32,000 bases of DNA from an uncultured bacterium (GTDB lineage Bacteria > Margulisbacteria > WOR-1 > CAVSGV01), in the NCBI GenBank assembly GCA_963699255.1, contig OY969425.1, positions 1,470,001 to 1,502,000 of the forward strand. Direction: 5' to 3'. Below the pieces are notes generated by a model. It saw nothing but the letters and a program-made list of their open reading frames with translations, was not told the DNA's origin and searched no databases. Of this stretch, positions 1 through 8,083 are shown piece by piece (position 1 is the stretch's first letter; each line of letters opens with the position of its first letter). The position numbers and the translations under genes are program-made.

Positions 1-213
1 AAATTCATCAGAAAAAGGCTGTCCGGCGCCGAGGCGTTCGGTCCGGCAAAGGCCCCGATCGCCAGACTCAAGAACAGCTACCGCTATCAGGTGATCATAA
101 AAGGCAGGGAAATGGAAAGCATGAGGAAAGCTGTTGTTGAAACGCTCAAGCATATTGTAAAATTGGGCGGCGTAAGGATAAGCGTCGATATAGACCCGTA
201 TAATATGTTGTAA
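1..213 (+). CDS. priA: primosomal protein N' (PriA), C-terminal fragment; the 5' end lies outside the window
   Basis: Frame 1 is open from base 1 to TAA at 211-213. The tail ...FGPAKAPIARLKNSYRYQVIIKG...ISVDIDPYNML fits the PriA C-terminal pattern (GP.PAP..R..G.YRYQ...D.DP). priA-def-fmt is a common gene order. Confidence 0.65.
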   Translation, partial: KFIRKRLSGAEAFGPAKAPIARLKNSYRYQVIIKGREMESMRKAVVETLKHIVKLGGVRISVDIDPYNML

Positions 214-228
214 ACCTCGCCCCCGGCT

Positions 229-250
229 CCTCTCCTGCTTGCAGGAGAGG
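229..250. repeat. perfect 10-bp inverted repeat (cctctcctgc tt gcaggagagg) just after the priA stop
   Basis: Read directly: 229-238 is the reverse complement of 241-250. No T-run follows, so it is not a canonical intrinsic terminator. Confidence 0.6.
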
Positions 251-329
251 GGGAAAGAGACTATAGTCCTGTTTCCTTTCTCCTATTTATAAGAGAAGGG
301 CTTAGGGATGAGGCGGGAGGGAGATAAAC

Positions 330-818
330 ATGGCTTTGCTGGAGATACTGACCAATCAAAATCCGCTGCTTCGCAAAATTTCAAGGCCCGTGGCAAAGGT
401 AACAAAAGAGATAAAGGAGCTTGTTGCCAACATGGAGGAGACCATGAAGGCGGCGCCGGGGGTCGGACTGGCCGCTCCCCAGGTCGGAGAGCTGCTGCGC
501 CTGATCATAGCCGATGTCGGGGACGGCCTTAACGTTCTGATCAATCCAAAGGTGATAAAAAAAAGCGGCACCCAGACGTTCGTCGAAGGATGTTTGAGCC
601 TGCCCGGAATAGAGGCGCCTATCGAGAGGGCGGCTACCGTTACGGTAAAAGCCATGAACCTGAAGGGAAAGCTGGTAGAGGTTGAAGCCAGCGGCCTTCT
701 TGCGACGGTTTTCCAGCACGAGATCGACCATCTTGAAGGAAAGCTGTTCGTTGACAGGGTAGCCGACCCCAACCTCATAACATACAAGCCGAAGACCCCG
801 AAAGAAGAAGCATTATAA
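330..818 (+). CDS. def: peptide deformylase
   Basis: 162-aa ORF carrying the three deformylase motifs GVGLAAPQ, EGCLSLP and QHEIDHLEG. SD gggaggg lies 8 nt upstream of the ATG. Confidence 0.95.
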   Translation: MALLEILTNQNPLLRKISRPVAKVTKEIKELVANMEETMKAAPGVGLAAPQVGELLRLIIADVGDGLNVLINPKVIKKSGTQTFVEGCLSLPGIEAPIERAATVTVKAMNLKGKLVEVEASGLLATVFQHEIDHLEGKLFVDRVADPNLITYKPKTPKEEAL

Positions 819-820
819 TT

Positions 821-856
821 ACACAATTAAACAATGACACAATGAACAATTAAGGA
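821..856 (+). repeat. ACAAT short-period (7-8 bp) repeat leader upstream of fmt, ending in the AAGGA ribosome-binding site
   Basis: ACAAT recurs at 823, 831, 839 and 846. The string caatgacacaat-N-aacaattaagga recurs almost exactly upstream of valS (22967-22992). Confidence 0.6.
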
Positions 857-879
857 AGGATATTAAGAATAATAAAATA

Positions 880-1812
880 ATGAAGATACTGTTCATGGGA
901 ACGCCCGAGCCGGCCCGCGTGTGTTTAAAAGCGCTGATAGACGCCAGAGAAGGACTGGTGGCGGTGATAACCCAGCCTGACCGGCCGAAGGGCAGGGGGC
1001 TTAAGCTCGCGCCCACCCCCGTCAAGGAAACGGCAACGGAACATAATATACCGGTCTTTCAGCCGGACAGGATCAGGGACAAAGAAAGCATAGAACTGGT
1101 CAGGGGCCTTGATCCCGATCTGATAGTTATAGTCGCTTACGGAGAAATACTTCCGAAGGAGATGCTTGATATCCCGAAATACGGGGCGATAAATGTGCAC
1201 GCTTCCCTTCTCCCGAAGTACAGGGGCGCCGCGCCGGTGCAGAGGGCCCTGCTGAACGGCGACAAATTCACCGGCATCACGATAATGAAGGTCACCGAAG
1301 CCCTTGATGCCGGGGATATCATTCTTCAGGAATCCATCCCGATATATGACGCGGATAACGCGTCCACCCTGACAGAAAGATTGTTTAAACTGGGGGTGAA
1401 GCTTCTTGTCAGCGCCGTATCGCAAATAAGATCAGGCAAGACAAAACCCGTAAAACAGGATGATGAAAAGGCCTCATATGCTCCGACCCTGAAAAAGGAG
1501 AACGGCGTCATTGACTGGAAAAAGAAAGCGGAGGAAATATGCGACCAGATAAAGGCGTTCGATCCCTGGCCGGGGGCCTTTACATATTATAAGGGCAGGA
1601 CGCTCAAGGTGATCAAGGCGGAACCGATGCGGAAAGAAGGGTGTTCGAACGGCAGGATCATCGAGATACTAAAAAACCGGGGTTTTGTCGTAGGCGTCTG
1701 CGAAGGGGCGGTGCTGGTCACCGAGGTTCAGCCGGAATCAGGAAAAACCATGAGTTCGTACCAGTTCGCCATCGGGCATGGCCTGAAAGTAGGGGACAAC
1801 CTTCCAAGTTAA
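880..1812 (+). CDS. fmt: methionyl-tRNA formyltransferase
   Basis: 310-aa ORF with MKILFMGTPE..., QPDRPKGRG and NVHASLLPKYRGAAP motifs typical of Fmt. It follows def. Confidence 0.95.
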   Translation: MKILFMGTPEPARVCLKALIDAREGLVAVITQPDRPKGRGLKLAPTPVKETATEHNIPVFQPDRIRDKESIELVRGLDPDLIVIVAYGEILPKEMLDIPKYGAINVHASLLPKYRGAAPVQRALLNGDKFTGITIMKVTEALDAGDIILQESIPIYDADNASTLTERLFKLGVKLLVSAVSQIRSGKTKPVKQDDEKASYAPTLKKENGVIDWKKKAEEICDQIKAFDPWPGAFTYYKGRTLKVIKAEPMRKEGCSNGRIIEILKNRGFVVGVCEGAVLVTEVQPESGKTMSSYQFAIGHGLKVGDNLPS

Positions 1813-1878
1813 CGGTATTCCTTCCTGGACCATGGTCATATTTGCCGGGGATCTGCCGCTGCCCTAACTTATAAAAAT

Positions 1879-1908
1879 CTGCAATTTCCTTAACATTTGG
1901 CCGATAAT
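1879..1908 (+). promoter_or_regulatory. putative sigma70-type promoter of paralog A (CTGCAA-18 nt-GATAAT)
   Basis: Both boxes and the 18-nt spacing are conserved with the copy upstream of paralog B (3591-3620). SD GGGAGA lies at 1916-1921. Confidence 0.4.
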
Positions 1909-1934
1909 ACCGTATGGGAGAAAAAGTGATATAA

Positions 1935-3521
1935 ATGCCGGGATTATCATTTGAAAAGACACAAGGATTATTGGTAAAAGGATTATTGGTAAAATATTTA
2001 CCAGGTCCTTTTGTGCAAAAACTCATGAAGGATAAAGCGCACGGTTTTCCGCACGCCAAAACAGTTTATAATATTCAACAGAACCTGCTGGAATATGGCA
2101 AAATTAGTTTAACAGAAAATGAGAATAATGTGTTGCAATGTGCGACCATGCTCCATGATATTACCATGATCGGAAGTCCAGTTGAATATATGAAAGTGTT
2201 TGCCGATCATATTGATGTCTCGAAAAACTCACTATCTCAACTTCTAACAGGTTTGGATGGATATTGTTCGTCAAGTGTCTTTATATCGGCTGGCTACTTC
2301 AAGTCAGCTTTGCAAAACCCGGATGAAAATCTTTGCCGGTTCCACCATTTGACCGCGGCTTTGTTCGCGTATAAGATCTTGCAGGAAGAACTGGGCAGTG
2401 TGGACGCTAAAATAGCAGCCTGGGCGATCCTTTTTCACCACGAAAGCAAACTGGATCAGATACCCGGCGATCCTGTGGTCCGCCTGCTGAGAGACTCGGT
2501 TAAAATCCACAGCCTTGATGAATTGAGCTTATGCAAGAACATTTCAAAGTACGTTGTTAATTATGAAAGGCCCTTTTTTAATCCTGCGATCCAGCAGAAG
2601 CTAAGAATAGACGTGCTTGAAGGCCGCAAGATACCGGATGAACAGGAGTTAGAGAATTCCGAATTGAAATTGGACGCTTTTCAGTTCGCCCTGAAAACTC
2701 TTTTTCTCGATACGAATCCTAATATGTTCGCTCTTCCTGAAATAGCCGGCCCTTACCTGCAAGATCACGATGTGTTCACCCGCTTATTAAATAGAGTGAT
2801 CCTGTCGGCCGAACAACACAAAAAGACCTCCGAGTCGCAGATCGAGAATCTCGAGTTATTAAAAATGTTATTGTCTCATGCCATGAAAAGCAGTAATTAT
2901 TCAAGCAATGTGGAAATGATCGCTAAAGGCTTGGAAGTGGTAGATATTCACCTGCGCATGACCCTTGATCAAATTGAAACAGATCTTAAATGCAACCCCC
3001 CTTCTATAGAGGGTTTATTTCTAAAAGCAAGGACGCTTCAAGCTATGGAAGATCTTAAGGCGAGTAATGACGCTTATGCGGAAGCATTTCTCCAGCAGGG
3101 ACTTGAATTCATAAAGCAAAGAGATCTGGAGGAAGCCTGTTATTATTTCGAACTATCGGAAAAATATAATCCTCATTTTTTCGAGGCTTTGCGCAACAAG
3201 GCGGGCGTACTTTTCCAATTAAAGCAATACGAAAAAGCTGTCGAATATTATGATAAAGCGATAGACGCGGCAATAGAACAAAATCTTTCCAAGCCAAGTA
3301 TCGTAAAGGTCCTGATGGTCAAGGCTTACACTCTACTTGAACCTCTTAACTCCCCTTATAAATCCCTTGTGGCAATAAAGGAAGCTCTAAAATTATTACC
3401 CGAAGATATGATACCCGAAGATACAACTGTGCTCCAAAATGACGAAGAGGCGGACTTTCTTCGTGATGAAGCCCGGCAGATCGAACGTTTAGCAGAAATA
3501 AAATATGCCATGAGGAACTGA
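1935..3521 (+). CDS. hypothetical protein, paralog A: HD-superfamily-like N-terminal region plus C-terminal TPR-like repeats
   Basis: 528-aa ORF. The motifs ATMLHDIT, FHHLTAALFAY, AILFHHE and LLRDSVKI resemble the H..HD..H..HH..D layout of HD phosphohydrolases. The C-terminus has TPR-like helices (EEACYYFELSEKYNPHFFEALRNKAGVLFQLKQYEKAVEYYDKAIDA). It is collinear with the next ORF. Confidence 0.55.
   Translation: MPGLSFEKTQGLLVKGLLVKYLPGPFVQKLMKDKAHGFPHAKTVYNIQQNLLEYGKISLTENENNVLQCATMLHDITMIGSPVEYMKVFADHIDVSKNSLSQLLTGLDGYCSSSVFISAGYFKSALQNPDENLCRFHHLTAALFAYKILQEELGSVDAKIAAWAILFHHESKLDQIPGDPVVRLLRDSVKIHSLDELSLCKNISKYVVNYERPFFNPAIQQKLRIDVLEGRKIPDEQELENSELKLDAFQFALKTLFLDTNPNMFALPEIAGPYLQDHDVFTRLLNRVILSAEQHKKTSESQIENLELLKMLLSHAMKSSNYSSNVEMIAKGLEVVDIHLRMTLDQIETDLKCNPPSIEGLFLKARTLQAMEDLKASNDAYAEAFLQQGLEFIKQRDLEEACYYFELSEKYNPHFFEALRNKAGVLFQLKQYEKAVEYYDKAIDAAIEQNLSKPSIVKVLMVKAYTLLEPLNSPYKSLVAIKEALKLLPEDMIPEDTTVLQNDEEADFLRDEARQIERLAEIKYAMRN
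1965..1994 (+). repeat. perfect 15-bp in-frame tandem duplication (ggattattggtaaaa x2, GLLVK-GLLVK) in paralog A
   Basis: 1965-1979 is identical to 1980-1994. Paralog B has a single copy of the equivalent segment (QGLLLK). Confidence 0.9.
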
Positions 3522-3590
3522 CCTTCCTGATAGGGGATCATTCTCCGCACTTATACCAAATTGAATTTACCCTGTCTAACTTGTATAAAT

Positions 3591-3620
3591 CTGCAATTTT
3601 TGGGGGTTTTGGCCGATAAT
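3591..3620 (+). promoter_or_regulatory. putative sigma70-type promoter of paralog B (CTGCAA-18 nt-GATAAT)
   Basis: Same boxes and spacing as 1879-1908. SD GGGAGA lies at 3627-3632, and the TGATATAAATG start context is shared with paralog A. Confidence 0.4.
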
Positions 3621-3645
3621 TGCAATGGGAGAAGAATTGATATAA

Positions 3646-4869
3646 ATGTCAGCATTATTATTAGAGAAGATGCAGGGATTACTGCTAAAATCTTTGCCAC
3701 AACCTTTTGTGCGAAACTTCATAAAGGATCATGCCCGCGGATTTCTGCAGAGCGTAAGGGTCAACAGGATCCAGGAGGAACTGCTGAAATCCGGAACAAT
3801 CAGCCTTACAGGGAAAGAGATTGATACGCTGCAATGGGCGACCACGCTTCATGATATTACTTATATCGAAGACCGGGCGGAATATCTGAAAGTGTTCGCC
3901 GGCAATGATGTCTCGAAAGAATCAATTTTTCCTGTTCTGACCGGTTTAAATATTGACAGCGTGGCCAAATTTCTTAGAGAAGCCGGTCAATTCAACCTGG
4001 CCCTGCAAAAAAGGGATGCGCCGCTCTACCCGTTCCATCATATAACTGCGGCTTTGTTCGCGTATAACATTTTGCGGGATGAACTCGGATCGGATGCCGT
4101 CATAGCAGCCCAGGCGATCCTGTTCCACCACGAAAGGAATTTGGATCTGATCCCTGCCAACACGGCGGTTCGCTTGCTGAGAGACGCGGTTAAAATTAAA
4201 AGCCTTAGTGAATGGGACCTGAACGAAAACATTAAAACTAATGTTAATGAATGCTCCAGGTCATTTTTTGACCCTTTTATCCCGATGAAGCTCAGAAAAG
4301 AAATACTTGAGGGGCGCGTAAGCCCGGCGGAACAGGAATCCCGCGATCCCGGATTAACACTGGATGCCTTTCAATTCGCCATGGAATTCCTTTTTCCTGA
4401 TACGAATCCTGATATGTTCGCTCTGCCCGGAATGGTCAAGCCTTACCTGGAAAGGGATCCATTGTTCTTCAAATTTTTGAACGTAATTTTAATTTCTGTC
4501 GAAAAATACGAAGAAAACACAATACCCCAGATAGAGAACCTGAGATTATTAAAAGTATTATTGCGGCTTGCCTTGAAGAACGGCAAATACTCGGGCAGTG
4601 TTGATTATATTAAAGCGGGGGAGGCGGCGGTCAAAGGTAATTTGGACTATATCCTTTTAGGGATCGAAAACTCGATAAAATCATATCCTTCCAAAGAATT
4701 CCCTTCTCTTGCGGCACTTTTGTCCCTGAAAGCCATGGCGCTTAATGCTTTGGAAAGAAATAAAGAAAGGAATGCAATTATGGCAGAGGCCTTGCTCCGA
4801 CATAGGATCGAATCAGTTATGAACGGCGATCTGGAGGGCGGAAGCCAACTTCTTGATGAAGGGGTTTAG
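3646..4869 (+). CDS. hypothetical protein, paralog B: HD-superfamily-like, shorter C-terminal helical region
   Basis: 407-aa ORF, roughly half its residues identical to paralog A by eye. Shared blocks: TLHDIT, FHHITAALFAY, AILFHHE, VRLLRDAVKI, LDAFQFA, DTNPDMFALP, QIENLRLLK. Confidence 0.55.
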   Translation: MSALLLEKMQGLLLKSLPQPFVRNFIKDHARGFLQSVRVNRIQEELLKSGTISLTGKEIDTLQWATTLHDITYIEDRAEYLKVFAGNDVSKESIFPVLTGLNIDSVAKFLREAGQFNLALQKRDAPLYPFHHITAALFAYNILRDELGSDAVIAAQAILFHHERNLDLIPANTAVRLLRDAVKIKSLSEWDLNENIKTNVNECSRSFFDPFIPMKLRKEILEGRVSPAEQESRDPGLTLDAFQFAMEFLFPDTNPDMFALPGMVKPYLERDPLFFKFLNVILISVEKYEENTIPQIENLRLLKVLLRLALKNGKYSGSVDYIKAGEAAVKGNLDYILLGIENSIKSYPSKEFPSLAALLSLKAMALNALERNKERNAIMAEALLRHRIESVMNGDLEGGSQLLDEGV

Positions 4870-4940
4870 TCTCTGCACTTAGACCAAACAGCGGCCTCTC
4901 AATTGCCCGAATGTTATGAATCCTGTCCCCCAATAAATAT

Positions 4941-4969
4941 TTGGGTTTTATCCGAAAAAATGATATAAT
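4941..4969 (+). promoter_or_regulatory. putative extended -10 promoter for secDF (TTGGGT-17 nt-TATAAT, TG at 4961-4962)
   Basis: tgatataat at 4961-4969, 20 nt upstream of the secD ATG. No obvious SD lies between them. Confidence 0.4.
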
Positions 4970-4989
4970 CCCTCTGTTTTTTAATACAC

Positions 4990-6333
4990 ATGAAGAACAT
5001 CAATCAGTTAAGGCTTTTAATAATACTGGCTATCGTGATCGCGTCCGTCGCTGTGATCGCGAAAATGCCGATAACGCTGGGGCTTGACCTTCAGGGCGGC
5101 TCCCGGCTTGTTCTTGAGGCCTATGAGAGCGGCGCGGCAAAGGTGACGGACGACTCGGTATCCGGCGTTGTGGCCGTCATAAGGAACAGGATAGACGCCC
5201 TGGGCGTAACTGAGCCGACCATCCAGCGGAAGGGCAGTTCGCAGGTCATAATCGAGCTTCCCGGGATCAAGGATCCCGACAGGGCAATAAAAGTTATCGG
5301 AGACACCGCTCAGCTTGAATTCGTCGAGGCGGAATGGTCGCCGGGGGACGAGAAAGTGCTCTCCCAGAAGAAGATCGAAGAATTTTACGGGAAAGGCGCG
5401 AGGCTTGATAAGGTCAAGGAATACAGGGGAAGCGAAGTTGTTTCCGAGAGACCGATAATCTTAAAGGGCACGGTACTGACTGGGGCGGACCTGAAAGGCG
5501 CCTGGCCGGGGATAGACGGATACGGAAATCCCGTTGTGGACATCGAGTTCAATTCCAGCGGCGCTGGCACGTTCGCGAACATTACGACAAGGAACGTCGG
5601 CAAACCTCTCGCAATACTACTTGATAAGAAGATCATTTCGGCCCCCAATGTCCGGGAGCCCATTTCAGGAGGAAGGGCCCAGATATCCGGTAATTTTTCA
5701 ATAGACGAGGTCCAGGACCTTGTGGTGAAGCTGAAAGCCGGAGCGCTTCCGGTGCCTGTGCGCATAATCGAGAACAGGGTCATTGGCCCGACGCTCGGCA
5801 AGGACTCCATCGATAAGAGCAAGTTCGCCGGGATGATCGGGGTAGCCTTCATTATTTTCTTCATGGTATCTTATTACAGGTATCCGGGCTTTCTGGCGGA
5901 TATCGCTCTTGTCATCTACTGCCTCATTAACATAGCGATACTCGCGCTTCTCAGAACAACGCTGACACTTCCGGGGATAGCGGGATTTCTGCTCACTATC
6001 GGCATGGCAGTTGACACGAACATAATCATATTCGAAAGGCTGAAGGAAGAGCTCAACACCGGGAAAACGCTCGCGCTCGCCATAGAGGTAAGCTTTAAGA
6101 GGGCTTTTACCGCGATATTCGATTCCCACGTTACCACGCTTATCGCCGCGGCCACACTTTTCTGGCTCGGCACAGGCACGATAAAGGGATTTGCGGTCAC
6201 TCTCTCTGTAGGTATCGTGGCCTCTCTCTTTACGGCGCTTACCATCACACACATGATGCTGGAAATGTCCGTCGACGGGAAGATAATAAACAAACCTGAC
6301 AGCAAGTTATTATACAGGGGGTTCGGGAAATGA
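4990..6333 (+). CDS. secD: protein translocase subunit SecD
   Basis: 447-aa ORF with an N-terminal TM helix, a large periplasmic domain (LGLDLQGG, IELPG) and a C-terminal 5-TM bundle. It overlaps secF by 4 nt. Confidence 0.92.
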   Translation: MKNINQLRLLIILAIVIASVAVIAKMPITLGLDLQGGSRLVLEAYESGAAKVTDDSVSGVVAVIRNRIDALGVTEPTIQRKGSSQVIIELPGIKDPDRAIKVIGDTAQLEFVEAEWSPGDEKVLSQKKIEEFYGKGARLDKVKEYRGSEVVSERPIILKGTVLTGADLKGAWPGIDGYGNPVVDIEFNSSGAGTFANITTRNVGKPLAILLDKKIISAPNVREPISGGRAQISGNFSIDEVQDLVVKLKAGALPVPVRIIENRVIGPTLGKDSIDKSKFAGMIGVAFIIFFMVSYYRYPGFLADIALVIYCLINIAILALLRTTLTLPGIAGFLLTIGMAVDTNIIIFERLKEELNTGKTLALAIEVSFKRAFTAIFDSHVTTLIAAATLFWLGTGTIKGFAVTLSVGIVASLFTALTITHMMLEMSVDGKIINKPDSKLLYRGFGK

Positions 6334-7214
6334 AGTTCAACATCATAGGAAAAACCAAACTCTGGTTCATGCTTTCGGGATTTTTCATAATCCTGGGACT
6401 ATTCGCGCTTATTTCTAACGGCCTGGTAAAAGGAAAGCCCATGAACTTCGGGATCGATTTCACCGGAGGAACGGTCCTTAACATAAAGTTCGACAGGGAT
6501 GTGCCGATAAGCGATGTGAGGGCGATATTGAGCACTTTCGGAAGGCAGGAGAGCGTCATCCAGAAGTCCGAGGGCAACAACATAGTCATCAGCACGGACC
6601 CGCTCTCTACCGATGACAGGAACAAGATAGTGGAAAGCATAAGGGGCAAATATCCCGGCATGGAGCTTCTGGAGGCCGACACGATAGGCCCTGTAGTGGG
6701 CAGTGAATTAAGAAGACAGGCTTTCTGGTCGCTTCTTCTGGCCACGGGCTGCATACTCATATATGTTGCGTTCAGGTTCGAGTTCAAGTATTCCGTGGCT
6801 GCGGTACTGGCGTTAATACACGATGCCACCATAACGGTCGGCATAATGGCCCTGCTCTGGAGGACGATCGACACGACTTTCATTGCCGCCATACTTACGA
6901 TACTTGGATATTCCATCTGCGACACCATAGTCATATTTGACCGCGTGAGGGAAGACCTTAACAAGCCAGGCTATTCGAAAAAGCCTTTCGGCGATGTTGT
7001 TAACGAAGCCGTAAATCAGACGATGGCAAGGTCAATAAACACGGTCCTGACCGTGCTCTTCATGAACCTATCGCTTCTCGTTTTCGGCGGGACCACGATA
7101 AAGGATTTCGCCCTGACCCTCTTCATCGGTTTCACCTGCGGAGCATATTCATCGATCTTTGTCGCGAGCCCGCTTATCGTGATATTTGATAAATGGGAAA
7201 AGTCGAGGGCATAG
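6330..7214 (+). CDS. secF: protein translocase subunit SecF
   Basis: 294-aa ORF with GIDFTGGT, a periplasmic loop, and a TM bundle containing DTIVIFDRVRE. It is translationally coupled to secD (ATGA overlap). Confidence 0.92.
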   Translation: MKFNIIGKTKLWFMLSGFFIILGLFALISNGLVKGKPMNFGIDFTGGTVLNIKFDRDVPISDVRAILSTFGRQESVIQKSEGNNIVISTDPLSTDDRNKIVESIRGKYPGMELLEADTIGPVVGSELRRQAFWSLLLATGCILIYVAFRFEFKYSVAAVLALIHDATITVGIMALLWRTIDTTFIAAILTILGYSICDTIVIFDRVREDLNKPGYSKKPFGDVVNEAVNQTMARSINTVLTVLFMNLSLLVFGGTTIKDFALTLFIGFTCGAYSSIFVASPLIVIFDKWEKSRA

Positions 7215-7217
7215 ACC

Positions 7218-7994
7218 TTGAACGTAGCTTCCGGCATTCTTCTCGGCATTGTTCAGGGGCTTACTGAATTTCTTCCCGTATCAAGTTCGGGCCACCTTGT
7301 CATAGTTACAAAGCTTCTCGGTCTTCCCCCGAACCTGCCTTTTGATATCGCCGTCCATTTTGCGACGCTTCTTGCGGTGTGCGCCTTCTTCATCGGCGAT
7401 ATTCTGCTAATATTGAAAGCGTTCTTCATCGAAAGGGACCCGAAAGATCCTTATTTCAGGCTCGGACTTCTTGTCATTGTTGCGTCGATCCCGACGGCCA
7501 TAATAGGTTTTAGCCTGGAGAAGGTATTCGAGGAGATGTTCAGCTCGGTGACGGCGGTGGGATTCTTTCTGATGGTGACCGGCATACTGATAATGACAGC
7601 GGAAAGATACGGGAAGGCAAGGAAAGACATCAGCAAGGTCAGTTTTCTTGATTCACTGATAGTCGGGCTTGCACAGGGGTGCGCGATAGCTCCGGGACTT
7701 TCAAGGTCGGGGACCACGATCTCCGCTTCCTTCCTTACGGGGATGGACAGGACGCTTGCGTGCAGGTTCTCGTTCCTCCTTGCGATACCCGCGATACTCG
7801 GCGCCTCCATCTTCAAGTCAAAGGTCATAGTGCACGCCGTGAACGCGGGGATGATAGCCGGGTTCATTGCCGCGGCGGTATCCGGTTATATCACCATATG
7901 GCTTTTCCTTAAAATGATCGAAAAGAAAAAGATCAACATATTCGCTTATTACTGCCTGATTGTCGGAGCAATTACCATAATCCTCTCCAGATAG
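7218..7994 (+). CDS. uppP: undecaprenyl-diphosphatase (BacA/UppP)
   Basis: 258-aa polytopic ORF with a TTG start. Signature motifs LTEFLPVSSSGHL and PGLSRSGTTI are present. Confidence 0.9.
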   Translation: MNVASGILLGIVQGLTEFLPVSSSGHLVIVTKLLGLPPNLPFDIAVHFATLLAVCAFFIGDILLILKAFFIERDPKDPYFRLGLLVIVASIPTAIIGFSLEKVFEEMFSSVTAVGFFLMVTGILIMTAERYGKARKDISKVSFLDSLIVGLAQGCAIAPGLSRSGTTISASFLTGMDRTLACRFSFLLAIPAILGASIFKSKVIVHAVNAGMIAGFIAAAVSGYITIWLFLKMIEKKKINIFAYYCLIVGAITIILSR

Positions 7995-8031
7995 CCGTTC
8001 TGTAACAGTCCAAGGGCTTGCCCGATAACAT

Positions 8032-8060
8032 TTGTAAAAGGTCCTTTCGGGTATTAGAAT
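8032..8060 (+). promoter_or_regulatory. putative promoter TTGTAA-17 nt-TAGAAT upstream of the small EF-Tu-D2-like gene
   Basis: Boxes read directly. SD aaggggg lies at 8071-8077 and the ATG at 8084. Confidence 0.35.
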
Positions 8061-8083
8061 ACCGCTAAACAAGGGGGTGTCTT

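Noticed and set aside
3591-3624. Hairpin tgcaatt...aattgca in the paralog-B leader, as a possible riboswitch or attenuator
   Set aside because: The 3' arm (aattgca) is absent from the otherwise conserved paralog-A leader. The structure is therefore not conserved and shows no covariation.
3561-3824. 87-aa ORF starting in the paralog-B leader
   Set aside because: It is out of frame with paralog B and overlaps it. It has no counterpart in the paralog-A leader, and the leader conservation pattern is block-wise rather than codon-like.
1935-4869. HD-like paralogs considered as Cas3-type HD nucleases or part of a known defence system
   Set aside because: No helicase domain, cas genes, array, or neighbouring nuclease, ATPase or methylase is present. 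The evidence supports only an HD-like hypothetical protein pair, and any defence role would be pure speculation.
6245-6964. 239-aa minus-strand ORF antisense to secF
   Set aside because: It lies entirely within the well-supported secF and secD 3' coding region. Its product is low-complexity and Ser/Met/Leu-rich with no recognisable motifs. This is a typical shadow ORF of a GC-biased gene.
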